Shown here one piece after another: positions 49,470 to 59,696 of a DNA stretch of 64,000 nt (position 1 is the stretch's first letter; each line of letters begins with the position of its first letter). This DNA is from an uncultured delta proteobacterium. Lineage in GTDB: Bacteria; Desulfobacterota; Binatia; UBA9968. The position numbers and the translations under genes were made by a program. The notes below the pieces were generated by a model. It saw only the letters and a program-made list of their open reading frames with translations. It was not told the DNA's origin and searched no databases. The stretch is from contig CAVUVW010000014.1 of NCBI GenBank assembly GCA_963745035.1, positions 704,001 through 768,000 on the forward strand. Direction: 5' to 3'.

Positions 49470-50087
49470 TTAGCGGCTCTTTGCGGCCGCGAGCACGGCT
49501 GCAACTTCGCGGTTATAATTGCCGCAGCGGCAGAGATTACCGGATAAGCCGCGGCGCACCTGCGCTTCGTTGGGCTTGGGATTCTTAAGCAGCAACGCCT
49601 TTCCCGACATGATCTGACCCGAGGTGCAAAAACCGCATTGCGGCCCGTCATGCTCGATGAAAGCTTCCTGCACGGGGTCGAGTTTTTCCCCTTTGGCAAG
49701 TCCCTCAATGGTGAGAATATCCTTGCCCTGCATCCATACCGCTAGTTGGCTGCAGGAATACATGTTGCGACTGTCGATGATCACCGTGCAAGCGCCGCAC
49801 TCGCCGCGGTCGCAGCCAATCTTGGTGCCGGTGAGCTGCAGCTGATCGCGCAACACTTCGGCAAGCGTGCTGCGGTGCTCGACCTCCACGCGGTACGTCT
49901 TGCCGTTCACTTTGAGTGCGATCGGCGTCTTGCCCCGGCTCGTGCCGACCGATTCCGCGGAGTACGCCTCGGCCGAATCGGTCTTGGTGAGCCCCGTTGA
50001 AACCACCGCGGTGCCGATCGCGCCCCCGCCCAGCCCTTTCAGAAACGAGCGCCGGGAGAGCTTGTTACTTTTATTTTCCTCTTCCAT
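49470..50087 (-). CDS. 2Fe-2S subunit with Tat signal (PaoA-like)
   Basis: Motifs SRRSFLK, GCDRGECGACT, QCGFCT and NLCRCG. Confidence 0.92.
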   Translation of the reverse strand: MEEENKSNKLSRRSFLKGLGGGAIGTAVVSTGLTKTDSAEAYSAESVGTSRGKTPIALKVNGKTYRVEVEHRSTLAEVLRDQLQLTGTKIGCDRGECGACTVIIDSRNMYSCSQLAVWMQGKDILTIEGLAKGEKLDPVQEAFIEHDGPQCGFCTSGQIMSGKALLLKNPKPNEAQVRRGLSGNLCRCGNYNREVAAVLAAAKSR

Positions 50088-50226
50088 AGTCGCTAACCTC
50101 CTGTTCGGGGCCGATGGTCGAACCCAATCAATTCGGCCCAGGCGTAATATGGATAGCTGCCCGGTGTCAACGCCAAAAATCCGCCTTGTCGCGCCGGGGC
50201 AAAATCGCTAAGCTTCGCCGTAAATC

Positions 50227-51114
50227 ATGGCTGAAAAATCACTGTGCTCCGAGGGTGCCGAGCTCGAGGACGTGCTCGATGAGCTCCAACGCGAGCATCG
50301 AGTCGAAGAAATATCCGGCTGGGACTCCGGCTTTATAAATCTCAATCGTGCCCTGGATGGTATCCGATCTGGCCTCTACCTGCTTATCGGCCCTCCCGGC
50401 ATCGGCAAGACCTCTTTCGCCAGGCAATTGCTCGATCAAATCGCGGAGCGAAATCGCGTCCCGGCAATATTCTTTAGCTTCGTCGAATCGAAAAAGGAGC
50501 TGAGAATAAAAACTTTGGCGCGCTTGAGCGGCCTGGATAACCGTGAGATCCGCCGGGGCAGTGCCTATGTTCTTCATTGGTACGGTGTGCCGCGTTTGGG
50601 TGGCACCGAAGCCGCAGAGTTGCCGCCGAGTTGGGAGAAGCTCAAACGAATGGCCGAAGAAGCGAAAGGCTGGCTCGATTCGGTTTACCTGATTGAATGC
50701 GAACGGAACACGAGCGTGGAGCAAATCGACGCCCAGGTCCGCGAGATATCCGGCGGCGAGCCTCCTTTGGTCGTGATCGACGACTGCCAGCGGCTCGGTT
50801 CTGCCGATCAAGCGGAGGATGCCCGCTTACTTATGGTCGTCGAACAACTGCAGACGCTGGCAAGGAGTTGCAAAACGCCGCTGTTTGCCACCTGGCCGGA
50901 CCTGGATGGAAACGCCGGCTTGGCCGGACGATGGAGCGAAAGAATTCCCGATGCGGACGGTATTTTGGTCATGCAGACGGATCCGGCGCGTACCCAAAAG
51001 CTCATCGAGCCGAATCAGGCGATCGTTGTCCACATCGTGAAAAACCGCGGCGGTGAAAAATGCAAGCTGGCTTTCGACTTTTTTCCCAGCTTCTCGCGCT
51101 TCCAAGAGGCGTAG
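50227..51114 (+). CDS. Stand-alone DnaB-like C-terminal (RecA-fold) ATPase
   Basis: Motifs SGFINLNRALDG, Walker A GPPGIGKT, Walker B VVIDD and KNRGG; no DnaB N-terminal domain. Confidence 0.8.
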   Translation: MAEKSLCSEGAELEDVLDELQREHRVEEISGWDSGFINLNRALDGIRSGLYLLIGPPGIGKTSFARQLLDQIAERNRVPAIFFSFVESKKELRIKTLARLSGLDNREIRRGSAYVLHWYGVPRLGGTEAAELPPSWEKLKRMAEEAKGWLDSVYLIECERNTSVEQIDAQVREISGGEPPLVVIDDCQRLGSADQAEDARLLMVVEQLQTLARSCKTPLFATWPDLDGNAGLAGRWSERIPDADGILVMQTDPARTQKLIEPNQAIVVHIVKNRGGEKCKLAFDFFPSFSRFQEA

Positions 51115-51867
51115 CTACCACCGCCCTTGCCAGCGATAGCAAAGAATTTGCGCGGGTTTGTCTTTGGTCACGAGCGCGGCCTCGTAGCCGTCGCGCAGAG
51201 CCAATTCTTCGAGCGTCCAACCAGCTACCGACGCTTGGATGCGCACCTTGCCGTCGGCGAGCGCAATTTCCACCTCGTCCAATTGCCCCGCCAGACCCGT
51301 GCCCTTGGCCTTTAAGAACGCCTCTTTGCTGGTCCAACATTTATAAAAGGCCTGGCGCCGCAGCGCCGCGGGCAGGGCACGCAACGCCGCCACCTCGCGT
51401 TTGGTAAAAAAGCGGTTCGCGACCGCGAAAATCTCAAAATCGGATTTGACATATTCGATGTCGACGCCGATTTCATGCCGATCGTTCACCGCCACCAGCG
51501 CGGTTTCGTGAGAATGGGATAGATTGAAATCGATGCCGCAAGCGCTAAACTGCGCCGCCAACTTGGGCTTGCCGTTGGCGCCTTCGTTGAATTGCAAATC
51601 GGCCGCGCCCGTATGCGTGTAGCGCGCCAAGATGTCGCGCAACGCGGCATGCGCGATCACGTAGCGCCGCTGATCTCTCGCGAACTTGAATTTCTCGGCT
51701 CGCGCCTGTTCGTCGGGCAAAAGCCGCTCGCGGCAAAAACCGACGTCACATCCGGGATCGTCCAGCTCCACTGCCCAGACATGCGCGTCGCCGCCGAGCG
51801 GCGGAAGCGGATCAGGCGCTGACAACCACCGGCTCATGGATGACTCGCGGAGCCTTTGCCTGGCCAT
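51115..51867 (-). CDS. 4'-phosphopantetheinyl transferase (Sfp type)
   Basis: Motifs GKPKL, FNLSHS, IGVDIE and WTSKEAFLKAKGTG. Confidence 0.93.
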   Translation of the reverse strand: MARQRLRESSMSRWLSAPDPLPPLGGDAHVWAVELDDPGCDVGFCRERLLPDEQARAEKFKFARDQRRYVIAHAALRDILARYTHTGAADLQFNEGANGKPKLAAQFSACGIDFNLSHSHETALVAVNDRHEIGVDIEYVKSDFEIFAVANRFFTKREVAALRALPAALRRQAFYKCWTSKEAFLKAKGTGLAGQLDEVEIALADGKVRIQASVAGWTLEELALRDGYEAALVTKDKPAQILCYRWQGRW

Positions 51868-52219
51868 GCAGTGCGCTATCGAATTTGCGCATATGAGCCG
51901 CGCTCATCAGACGACGGCCTCGCCGCGCAACGCCCGCGACGATGACCCGCTCGCCGTTGCGCGTAATCCGCAGATCGCATCGGCCGGAGAAGAAAATCAT
52001 CGTGCGCGGATGCTCGTAGACCGTGGTTTTGTGCGGCACCTCCTCGACGTAGATATCAAAGAGGCGGCCGGCCGGCAGATTGACGGTCCGGGTATGCATG
52101 AGATCGCCTTCGAAGAAAACTTCGAGCCAATTGCGATTCTCCGTCACAGCGAGGATAATTCCGGCGGCGTTCTTGATTTCCGCGATCAGTTCTTCGCCAC
52201 CGGCTGCTTCCCGTGCCAT
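51812..52219 (-). CDS. Hypothetical beta-rich protein
   Basis: ATG follows AAGGA, 12 nt after the ligase stop; no recognisable family; the 3' end is uncertain. Confidence 0.6.
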   Translation of the reverse strand: MAREAAGGEELIAEIKNAAGIILAVTENRNWLEVFFEGDLMHTRTVNLPAGRLFDIYVEEVPHKTTVYEHPRTMIFFSGRCDLRITRNGERVIVAGVARRGRRLMSAAHMRKFDSALHGQAKAPRVIHEPVVVSA

Positions 52220-52231
52220 GAGTGTCCTTGG

Positions 52232-53762
52232 CTAATTCGCCAGCAACGTCTCCGCGTCGCGAATGGTTTTTCCCGATGAGGTGCGCGGCAGCGCGTCGCG
52301 CACGACGATGCGATCCGGCACCTTGAAATTGGCGAGATTGGCGCGCAGAAACGTCAACAGTTCTTTTTCGTTGACGGCCGCTCCCGGGCGCGGCACCACT
52401 GCAGCGCCGATGACTTGGCCGCGCTTGGCGTCGGGGATGGCAAACACCACCGTCTCCTGCACGCCCGGATAAGTGTAAATCAGGTTTTCCACTTCCGCCG
52501 GATAGACGTTGAGGCCTCCGGTAATAATCATGTCGTCGCGCCGCCCCAAATGATAGTAATAGCCGTCGGCGCCGCGCTTGCCGACGTCGCCGGTGTAAAG
52601 CCAGCCGTCGCGAACGCGCTCGGCGGTCGCCTCGGGCCGGCGAAAGTAGCCTTTCATGACGTGCGGGCCGCGTGTGATGATTTCGCCGGGTTCGTCGTCG
52701 CCGACTTCTTTGCCCCTTTCATCGACGATTTTCACCTCTACGCCCGGAACCGCGCGGCCGATGCTGCCCATTTTCGCCTCGGCTTTGGCCGGCTCGACCA
52801 AGGTAATCATCGGCGAGGTCTCGGTGAGGCCGTAGCCTTGAATGACTCGGATATGCGGCTGCGCGGCTTGAAACGCGCGCAGCAGCGGCAGCGGTATGCT
52901 GGTCCCCATCATCGCGGCGATCTTCACGCTGCTCGTGTCATAGCTCGCGAGATTCTTTACGCCCAGCAAAAGTTGAAAGACGATCGGCACGCTCTCGAAT
53001 ACGTTCACGCGATATTTTTGAATGCCTTCCAGGAGCGTGATCGGGTTGATCTGATCAAAGATCACCAGCGTGTAGCCCTTTTCGGCGAGCTCGTTGCAGA
53101 CGATCGGACCGACGATGTGCGACATCGGCAAAATGCAGCCGCGCATGGTCGACCCGTCGCTGACGCCCATCTCGGTCATCACGCGCGGGTACTGAGCGAG
53201 ATTGCGATACGACAACACCACGCCCTTTGGTTCGCCGGTGGTGCCCGAGGTGTAGAGAATCAGCGCGTCGTCATCGTCATGCAAGCGCGGCGGCGAAACC
53301 TGCGCCGCCGGCACAGCAAATCGCTTTTCGAAGCTTTGCTCCCCGTCCCCATTGACGATCCATACAGGGATCGCGCCCGTCGCTTGAAATATTTCCTCGA
53401 CCTCCGGATACAACTGACTGTGAACGATCAGAAGCTTCAGGTCGGCGTCTTGCAAAACGCCCTCCAGCTCCTTGCCCTTCAGCCGCGCATCGAGAATGAC
53501 GGTAACGGCGCCAAGCTTTTGGCTGGAGTAATAGCTCAGCGGAATGGCGGTGGAATTGGGCAGCAAGACTCCCACGCGGTCACCCTGGCGAAATTCCTTC
53601 CTGCTGCAGGTGTGCCGCCAAAGCATGCACGCGCTGATTGAGCGCCGCGAAGGTCAATTCTTCCTCTTTCGCGATGAGCGCAGTTTTTTGCGGCTGCCGC
53701 GCGGCCGTCTTCGCCAACACCTCGGCTGCGAAAAATCCTATCGAACCGGTATCGTTTGCCAT
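52232..53762 (-). CDS. Acyl-CoA synthetase / AMP-binding enzyme (one frameshift near 53590)
   Basis: Motifs LYTSGTTGEPKG, QGYGLTETSP, YTGDVG, GRRDDMIITGG and PRTSSGK; the N-terminus lies in ORF 53580-53894. Confidence 0.9.
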
Positions 53763-54729
53763 ATCGCAAAAGCCCTCTGAAACGGTTTGTACCAGCGCGA
53801 CAGCTGCGCCAGCTCGCCGCGCTGGAGTTTTAGTTTTCCCTGCTGGGTCGCCAGAAATGCGTCGATCCGGTTGCTGAACACCGCGTTCCACCACTCGGCT
53901 TTGCCGCGATCATGAACTCGCCGCCGTCGCCTTGGGCGAGATCCGCGATCTCGCCGTCGAGAAATCTCACCGTCCATGCTTCTCCGGTCTCGTCGAGCGA
54001 AAGCGTCAACGATGTCGTGAGCCCGGTTTCGGCGCCATGGCTGCGGAACTCCGAATCCCGGTTTGCGCCGTCGACCAATGCCTGCATGTGCTCTTTGGAA
54101 AAAAGCGCATAGCGCTCGCCGCCAACAGAAGACATCGACGGTTCCGGGCGCGCGCCGTTAGCCGCGGCCGTAGCACCGACTCGCTCTTTAAAGAATTGGC
54201 AGTGCACGGCCTCTTCGAGCAGATCGGTGAACAGAAACGCTTCTTGAAAACTCTTGCCGATGGCGACGGTGCCGTGACCTTTGATGATCACCACCGGATG
54301 ATATTTCAGCTCTTCGACGACTTTCTCGGGCTTGGTCACCGTCGGCGTGTCTTGTGCGATGATCGGCACTTCGCCGATAGTGTACTTTTCTTCGAAGCTC
54401 ACCGGCACAAAACTCTCGTGGCCGAGGGAGAACGCCAGAACCATGGGCGGATGGACGTGAACGATCGCCGCAGCCTCAGTGCCGGCATAGACCGCCATGT
54501 GCATCGGCGTTTCGCTGGAGGCGCGCTGATTTTTTTTGATCGGCTTGCCGGCGTGATCGATCCGCACCACATCTTCGGCGGTGAGAAAGCCGAGCGGCGC
54601 GTGCTGCCCGGTGATCAGAAAATCGTTCTTGCCGGCGCGGCAGCTCAGGTTGCCGCCCCAACCGCTGATCAGCCGGCGCTCGAAAAGCCGCCGCCCCCAA
54701 TTGACCATTTCGCGCTCGAGTTTGGTCAT
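53738..54729 (-). CDS. Class II aldolase fused to an SCP2 sterol-carrier-like domain (one frameshift near 53900)
   Basis: Aldolase motifs GGNLS, SSETPMH, HVHP and KGHG. The C-terminus reads LFSKEH..ANRDSEF..WNAVFSNRIDAFLATQQGKLKLQRG. Confidence 0.75.
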
Positions 54730-54735
54730 TGTTCG

Positions 54736-56260
54736 TTAGTTCTTTAGGAAGGCCCAGGGAACAACTTCCGTAGCGATGCGGAAAACATCGGCGCCCGCCG
54801 GACAGAGCTTTCGTCCCAGGAAAGTTCCAGCGTCGCGGTCACGCGTTGGTCCGCGTTCTGCTGCAGCGCTGAACATCTCGACTTCGACGCCGTGGATACG
54901 CGCCAAGCGCACCGCCAATTGCGAGCCACAAATACCTCTCGGCCCTTCTTCGGTCAACGTGTCGTAGAACAAGCAGAGCTTCTTGATCTCGCGCTGCGCG
55001 AATAACGTTCCCATCATGTTGTCGGAAACCAAGGTCACCGCCACGCGCCGCTCGATCAGTTCCGGCACCACAACTTCACTTCCCCAGAGTTCCGGGCGCA
55101 TCTCGGGAATCAACACGCTTTCGGCCTGTTCCGCTTTGAGCGCGCTGGCGAGGAAGGCATACTGGTTTTTTGGCGGCACGCCGTAGACCAGCAAATACTT
55201 GCCGCCGCGCTCTCGCTCGCGCTCCGGCTCCGAACTTTGCTTTTGGTACTTCCGCCGAAAACTTTCCGGCGTGTAAATCTCATCGAAGCCGATGAGCCGG
55301 GTAATCAGCGCCGCCGGGGTCATGTCGAACGCCGGGTAGCGCACCTGCAACATGCCATTGTTCGATCGGACCAACGACTCGCCCTGAAACTTGAGCAATT
55401 CCGCTCCCGGCCTTTCCTCGATCGCCACGTCCGCGCCGCGCTCAAGCGAGCGCGGGTCCTGCACGAGAGCGTAGAAGGGAATGGCAAAATCCTTGGCCAT
55501 CAAAGCCAAAGGATAGGTGCCGACTTTATTGATGATATCGCCGTTTTGCGCCGCACGGTCGGCGCCGACGATTACCGCGTTCACCGCGCCCTGCTGCATG
55601 ACTTGCGCCACAGCGTTGTCCGGGATGATCGACACGGCCACGCCGGCTTGGGCAAGCTCCCAGGCGGTCAGGCGCGTGCCCTGAAGATACGGCCGGGTTT
55701 CGCTCGCGATCACGGAAAACTTTTTCCCCAGCTCTGCGCAGCGCTGCGCCACCGCAACCAATTCACCGCTGACGTTGCAATGGGTCAGCACGCGCGCTGG
55801 ATCAGGCAGCGCGTCAGCCGCGAGTCGGGCGCGCGCGATCCGCCCGCCGACGATCCGCTGGCCGAGCTCCCTCGCCTGCTTGGCGATCGATTCTCCGGCG
55901 ATCACTGCCCGGCGGCAATTCGTCCAAGCCATGTGTCGAAAAAAGCTCCGAGACCGCGAAAATCAAAGGTCGGCCGCGCGGCGCAAAACTGCTCGGTCAT
56001 TTCCGCCAGACGCCGGCGCAGCGTCCGCGGCGTTCTTGTCGGGCGTGCTCGTTGCAGCCAGCGAGCGCGCCGCTGTAAAGAAACGTCAGCACCTGTCCGA
56101 AGGCGCGGGTTTTCATCGCGCGCACCGCGTCGAGCGCCTGCTCGACCTCGCGCACTTCCAGGTACTCGATTTTTTCCGGAATCTGGGTCTCGTCGAGAAT
56201 GCGAAAACCGGCGCCTTGCCAGAGAACCGGCTCGAACAGCGGACTTTGCGCGGCGCTCAT
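54736..56260 (-). CDS. MtnA-like methylthioribose-1-phosphate isomerase with an extra eIF2B-like domain (frameshifted)
   Basis: Motifs ILDETQIP, RPT, LTHCN, ETRPYLQGTRLTAWEL, VGADR..NGDIINKVGT and PAFDMTP, then a second EMRPELWG..TLVSDNMMG unit. Confidence 0.82.
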
Positions 56261-56281
56261 GGTCGCTCCGGCTCAGGTATC

Positions 56282-57017
56282 CTAAAGATAGTGCAGCGCC
56301 TTGCGCGCCACTTCGATGGTCTTCTTCTCGGCTTCGAAGAATTGCGGATCGCGAAAGCCGAACTTGCCGTGCAAACACTCGTCGGACACCGCGAGCACCG
56401 CGCCGGCCTTTTTGCCGCGCACCTGCGCGATCGTCAGAAACGTCGAAGTTACCATGTCGATGCTTGAAATGTTTTGCTCGCTGAGCTGGCCGAATCAGCT
56501 CTGGGGTTTCCTGGAACAGCGCGTCGGTCGTGAAGATCCAGCCAAGATGATAGCGCACTCTCAAGCTGTCAGCGGCTTTCTTGAGGGCATCGACAATCTC
56601 GCCGTGCGCTACGGTGGAAAAATTCTCCGCCACGTAGTAGCGCGACGTGCCGTCGCCGCGCAGCGCACCGGTGACGATCACGAGATCGCCGATCTTGACG
56701 TTTTCCTGGAGCGAGCCGCAGCTGCCGACGCGAATGAGCGCCTGCGCCCCGGCGCCGCAGAGGATTTCCGTCGTGATCGCGGTGTCGGGCGCGTAGCGCC
56801 CGCCGTTGCCGACGGTGACGCGCTTGCCGTCGAGCGCGCCGCTGTGCATCTCGTAGTCGAGAAAGGTAAAATTTTTCTGCGGCGAGTCGAGCAGCTTGAG
56901 CAGCATTTCGCTCCGCTCTCTCGGACCGGGAATCAGCGCGTAGGGACCGAGCGAATCGGCTTTGAGGCCGAGCATGGACAGCATCCGCTGCGGCGTGAAA
57001 TGAGCTTCTTTGAGCAT
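56282..57017 (-). CDS. Nucleoside phosphorylase, Udp/DeoD (PNP_UDP_1) family (one frameshift near 56495)
   Basis: Motifs ALIPG, IRVGSCGSLQ, GDLVI..ALRGDGTSRYY, TTDALF and LAVSD; ends ALHYL at 56282. Confidence 0.85.
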
Positions 57018-57019
57018 AA

Positions 57020-58238
57020 TCAAAGCGCCCGGTGGGTAAACGCCAGCAGATCCTCGAACGGCAAAGCCGCGTCCTTGAGATCGGCGAAGGCGCGCTCGCA
57101 GAGCGCGCTCGACGTGAGCACCAGCTCCGCGCCGCTGGCGACGGCTTCGCGCATCCGGTCCGCGGCGCTCCATTGCGCCAGCTCGGGGTCGGCCTCGGGC
57201 ACTCCGCCGCCGCCGCCGCAGCACCACGACCAGCGCCGGTTCCGCTCCATCTCGACCAGTTGAACGCCGGGAATCGCGCGCAGGATACTGCGCGGATCGT
57301 CAAACACGCCGGCGCCCCGCCCGAGATGGCAGGAGTCGTGATAGACGACCTTTTTTTCGATGCGCCGGGAAAATTTTAATCGGCCCGATTGAATCGCTTG
57401 GTTGACGTACTGCACGCCGTGCAGCGCGGTAAAGTTCGCGCCGCCGGTCTCTGGCGTACTCGCGCCAGATTCTCTGACAGCTGCCGCACGCGGTGACGAC
57501 TGTGGTGATGCCGGCTTTGGCGATGATCGCCAGATTGGCGTCTTTGAGCCGCTCGTACTCGCGGCGAAAGCCGAGATCGAAGGCGTAAAGCCCGCAGCAC
57601 TTCTCCTCGTCCCCGAGAATTACGAAATCCTCTCCGGCTTTTTGCATGATGCCGGCGAGCGCGCGGGCCGCGCTCCGGCCGCTGACGCGGTCCGCCGCGC
57701 ACCCCGCAAAGAGCAAGGTGGGCGCGCTTGTGTCGCGCAGCTTTTTGAGCCCGAGATCACCGGCCCAGGCGCCGCGCCCTTCCTGTGCCTCCGCCCAAGG
57801 ATTATCATGCGCGCGCAAGCCGTCGTAAATCGCGCGGTGCGCTTCGATGGGACCTTCCTTCTCGGTAATTTCCTCGCGCATCGCGACCGTGATGTCCCAC
57901 GGTCCGTAGCCGTCGCCGCGCACGCCGCAAAGCTCCTGGCACATGAGACAGTTGGTGCAGCCGTAGATCACTTCTTTGAGCTCGGGAGTAATCGAATCGA
58001 GCCCATGGAAAACCCGCTGCGCCATCAGCCAGCGCGACTTCGGCGTGTGTCGTTGAAAGCGATAAAACTCGTAGGGCGGACACTTCTCTTTGGGCCCGGG
58101 CGCATCTTCCATCGGATTGGCCGGACCATGCCCGTAGCAAGAGCCGCAGAGAACGCAGCCGCTGCTGCGTTCTTCCAGGCCCTTGGCATAGAGCCATTTT
58201 TCTACGCGCCGAAGGCCGACGGGGAAATCACTTTTCAT
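57020..58238 (-). CDS. 4Fe-4S dicluster and CCG-domain oxidoreductase (HdrD/GlpC-like; one frameshift)
   Basis: Motifs CVLCGSC..CP, CTNCLMCQELC, FAGC, CCG, TACGSC, YHDSCHLGR and CCGGGGG. Confidence 0.88.
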
Positions 58239-58364
58239 GAAATTGACCGTGGGCGAAATCGTTAATGCCTTAACCTTTATAGCTCGCAGCTCATGAGTGT
58301 CAACCAATTCCCGGACAGAGGGATCGAAGGCAAACGACGCGCCACAGAGAACGGCGCTGCCGCA

Positions 58365-58817
58365 CTACTTTGGAGTCGCTTCGGGATTGAGCTTGCGCAG
58401 CAGAGCGGAAAGCTCCTTCTGTTGCGCACCGTCGAGCGCGGTAAAGATTTCCGACACACTTTTCTCGAACAGCGGCAGGGTCGACTTGTAGAGCTTGGCG
58501 CCTTTGTCCGTGAGCACGACGTGCACCACGCGGCGGTCATGCTCGTCGCGTTTGCGCAGCACCAGTTTCTTTTCTTCCAGCCGATCGACGATCCCGGTCA
58601 AGTTGCTCACCGTAACCATCATCTTGGCACCGATATCGCCGAATGGCAGGCCACCAGCGTAGCCGATGGTGGCGAGCACGTAAAATTGCGGCGGCGTGAG
58701 CCCGGCCTTCTGCAAATCGTTGTCCAGTTTTTTGTGGGATTGCAGGCTGAAGCGCAGAAATCGAACCCATAGACTGGTAGTATAAGCGGTGAAGAATGGA
58801 CGTGTATCGCCGCGCAT
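58365..58817 (-). CDS. MarR family transcriptional regulator
   Basis: Motifs GLTPPQFYVL, NLTGIVDRLEEKKLV.R and DRRVVHVVLTDKG. Confidence 0.92.
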   Translation of the reverse strand: MRGDTRPFFTAYTTSLWVRFLRFSLQSHKKLDNDLQKAGLTPPQFYVLATIGYAGGLPFGDIGAKMMVTVSNLTGIVDRLEEKKLVLRKRDEHDRRVVHVVLTDKGAKLYKSTLPLFEKSVSEIFTALDGAQQKELSALLRKLNPEATPK

Positions 58818-58942
58818 TCGGCCAATGTATGCGCCCGCGCTGTTAAAAGCAACTTCGCGCGGCGATTCTGCGTAACCGCATGCATACGGCGCGCGGCGGC
58901 AGCGGCGATGATTCTGCAAGCACGCTCGGAAGGAACCAAGCG

Positions 58943-59677
58943 ATGAAACTCCACGTTCTCGGTTGCGGCGACGCCTTCGGCAGCGGCGGGCGTAATCAAA
59001 GCGGCTATCTCGTCGACGCAGGCGATCGGCTGTTTCTGCTCGATTGCGGCCCGACCACGCTCCTCGCCATGAAGCGGGCCGGATTCGATCCGCGGCGTCT
59101 CGACGCGATCATTCTCAGCCACCTCCACGGCGATCATTTCGGCGGTCTGCCGTTTTTCTTGATCGAGTATCTCTATCGACAACCGCGAGGGTACCCGCTG
59201 ACGATTGCCGGTCCGCAGGGCACCGAAGAGCGCGTCCGGCAGCTTTACGGCGTCATGTACGGCAGCGGCAGTTCTGAACGGGAGTTGCCGCCGGTTGAAT
59301 TTCTCATCCTGCAGCCGGAACAACGGCAAAACGTCGCCGGCATCGACGTATTTTCCTTCGCCGTGCCGCATCAGACCCAGGACGTTTCTCTGGCACTCAA
59401 AGTGTCGTCTCAGGGCAAACAGCTTCTTTTCTCCGGCGATTCGGCGTGGACCGATGTTTTTGTCCGGCACGCCGAGGGAGTCGACCTGTTCCTGTGCGAG
59501 TGCTCGTTTTTTGAGGAGCAGCCTGGCATGCACGTAAATTACCGGGCTTTGCAGGCTAATCTGGCGCGACTGCGATGCAAGAAGCTGATCCTCACTCACC
59601 TTGGCGAAGAGATGCTCGCGCGGCGGGACCAACTGGCGGTACCGACGGCAGAAGACGGAATGGTGATCGAAATTTAA
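58943..59677 (+). CDS. MBL-fold metallo-hydrolase (RNase Z-like)
   Basis: Motifs LGCGDAFGSGG, LDCG, SHLHGDH, FSGD and LTH. Confidence 0.9.
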   Translation: MKLHVLGCGDAFGSGGRNQSGYLVDAGDRLFLLDCGPTTLLAMKRAGFDPRRLDAIILSHLHGDHFGGLPFFLIEYLYRQPRGYPLTIAGPQGTEERVRQLYGVMYGSGSSERELPPVEFLILQPEQRQNVAGIDVFSFAVPHQTQDVSLALKVSSQGKQLLFSGDSAWTDVFVRHAEGVDLFLCECSFFEEQPGMHVNYRALQANLARLRCKKLILTHLGEEMLARRDQLAVPTAEDGMVIEI

Positions 59678-59696
59678 CCTGTAGCTCTGAAAAATT

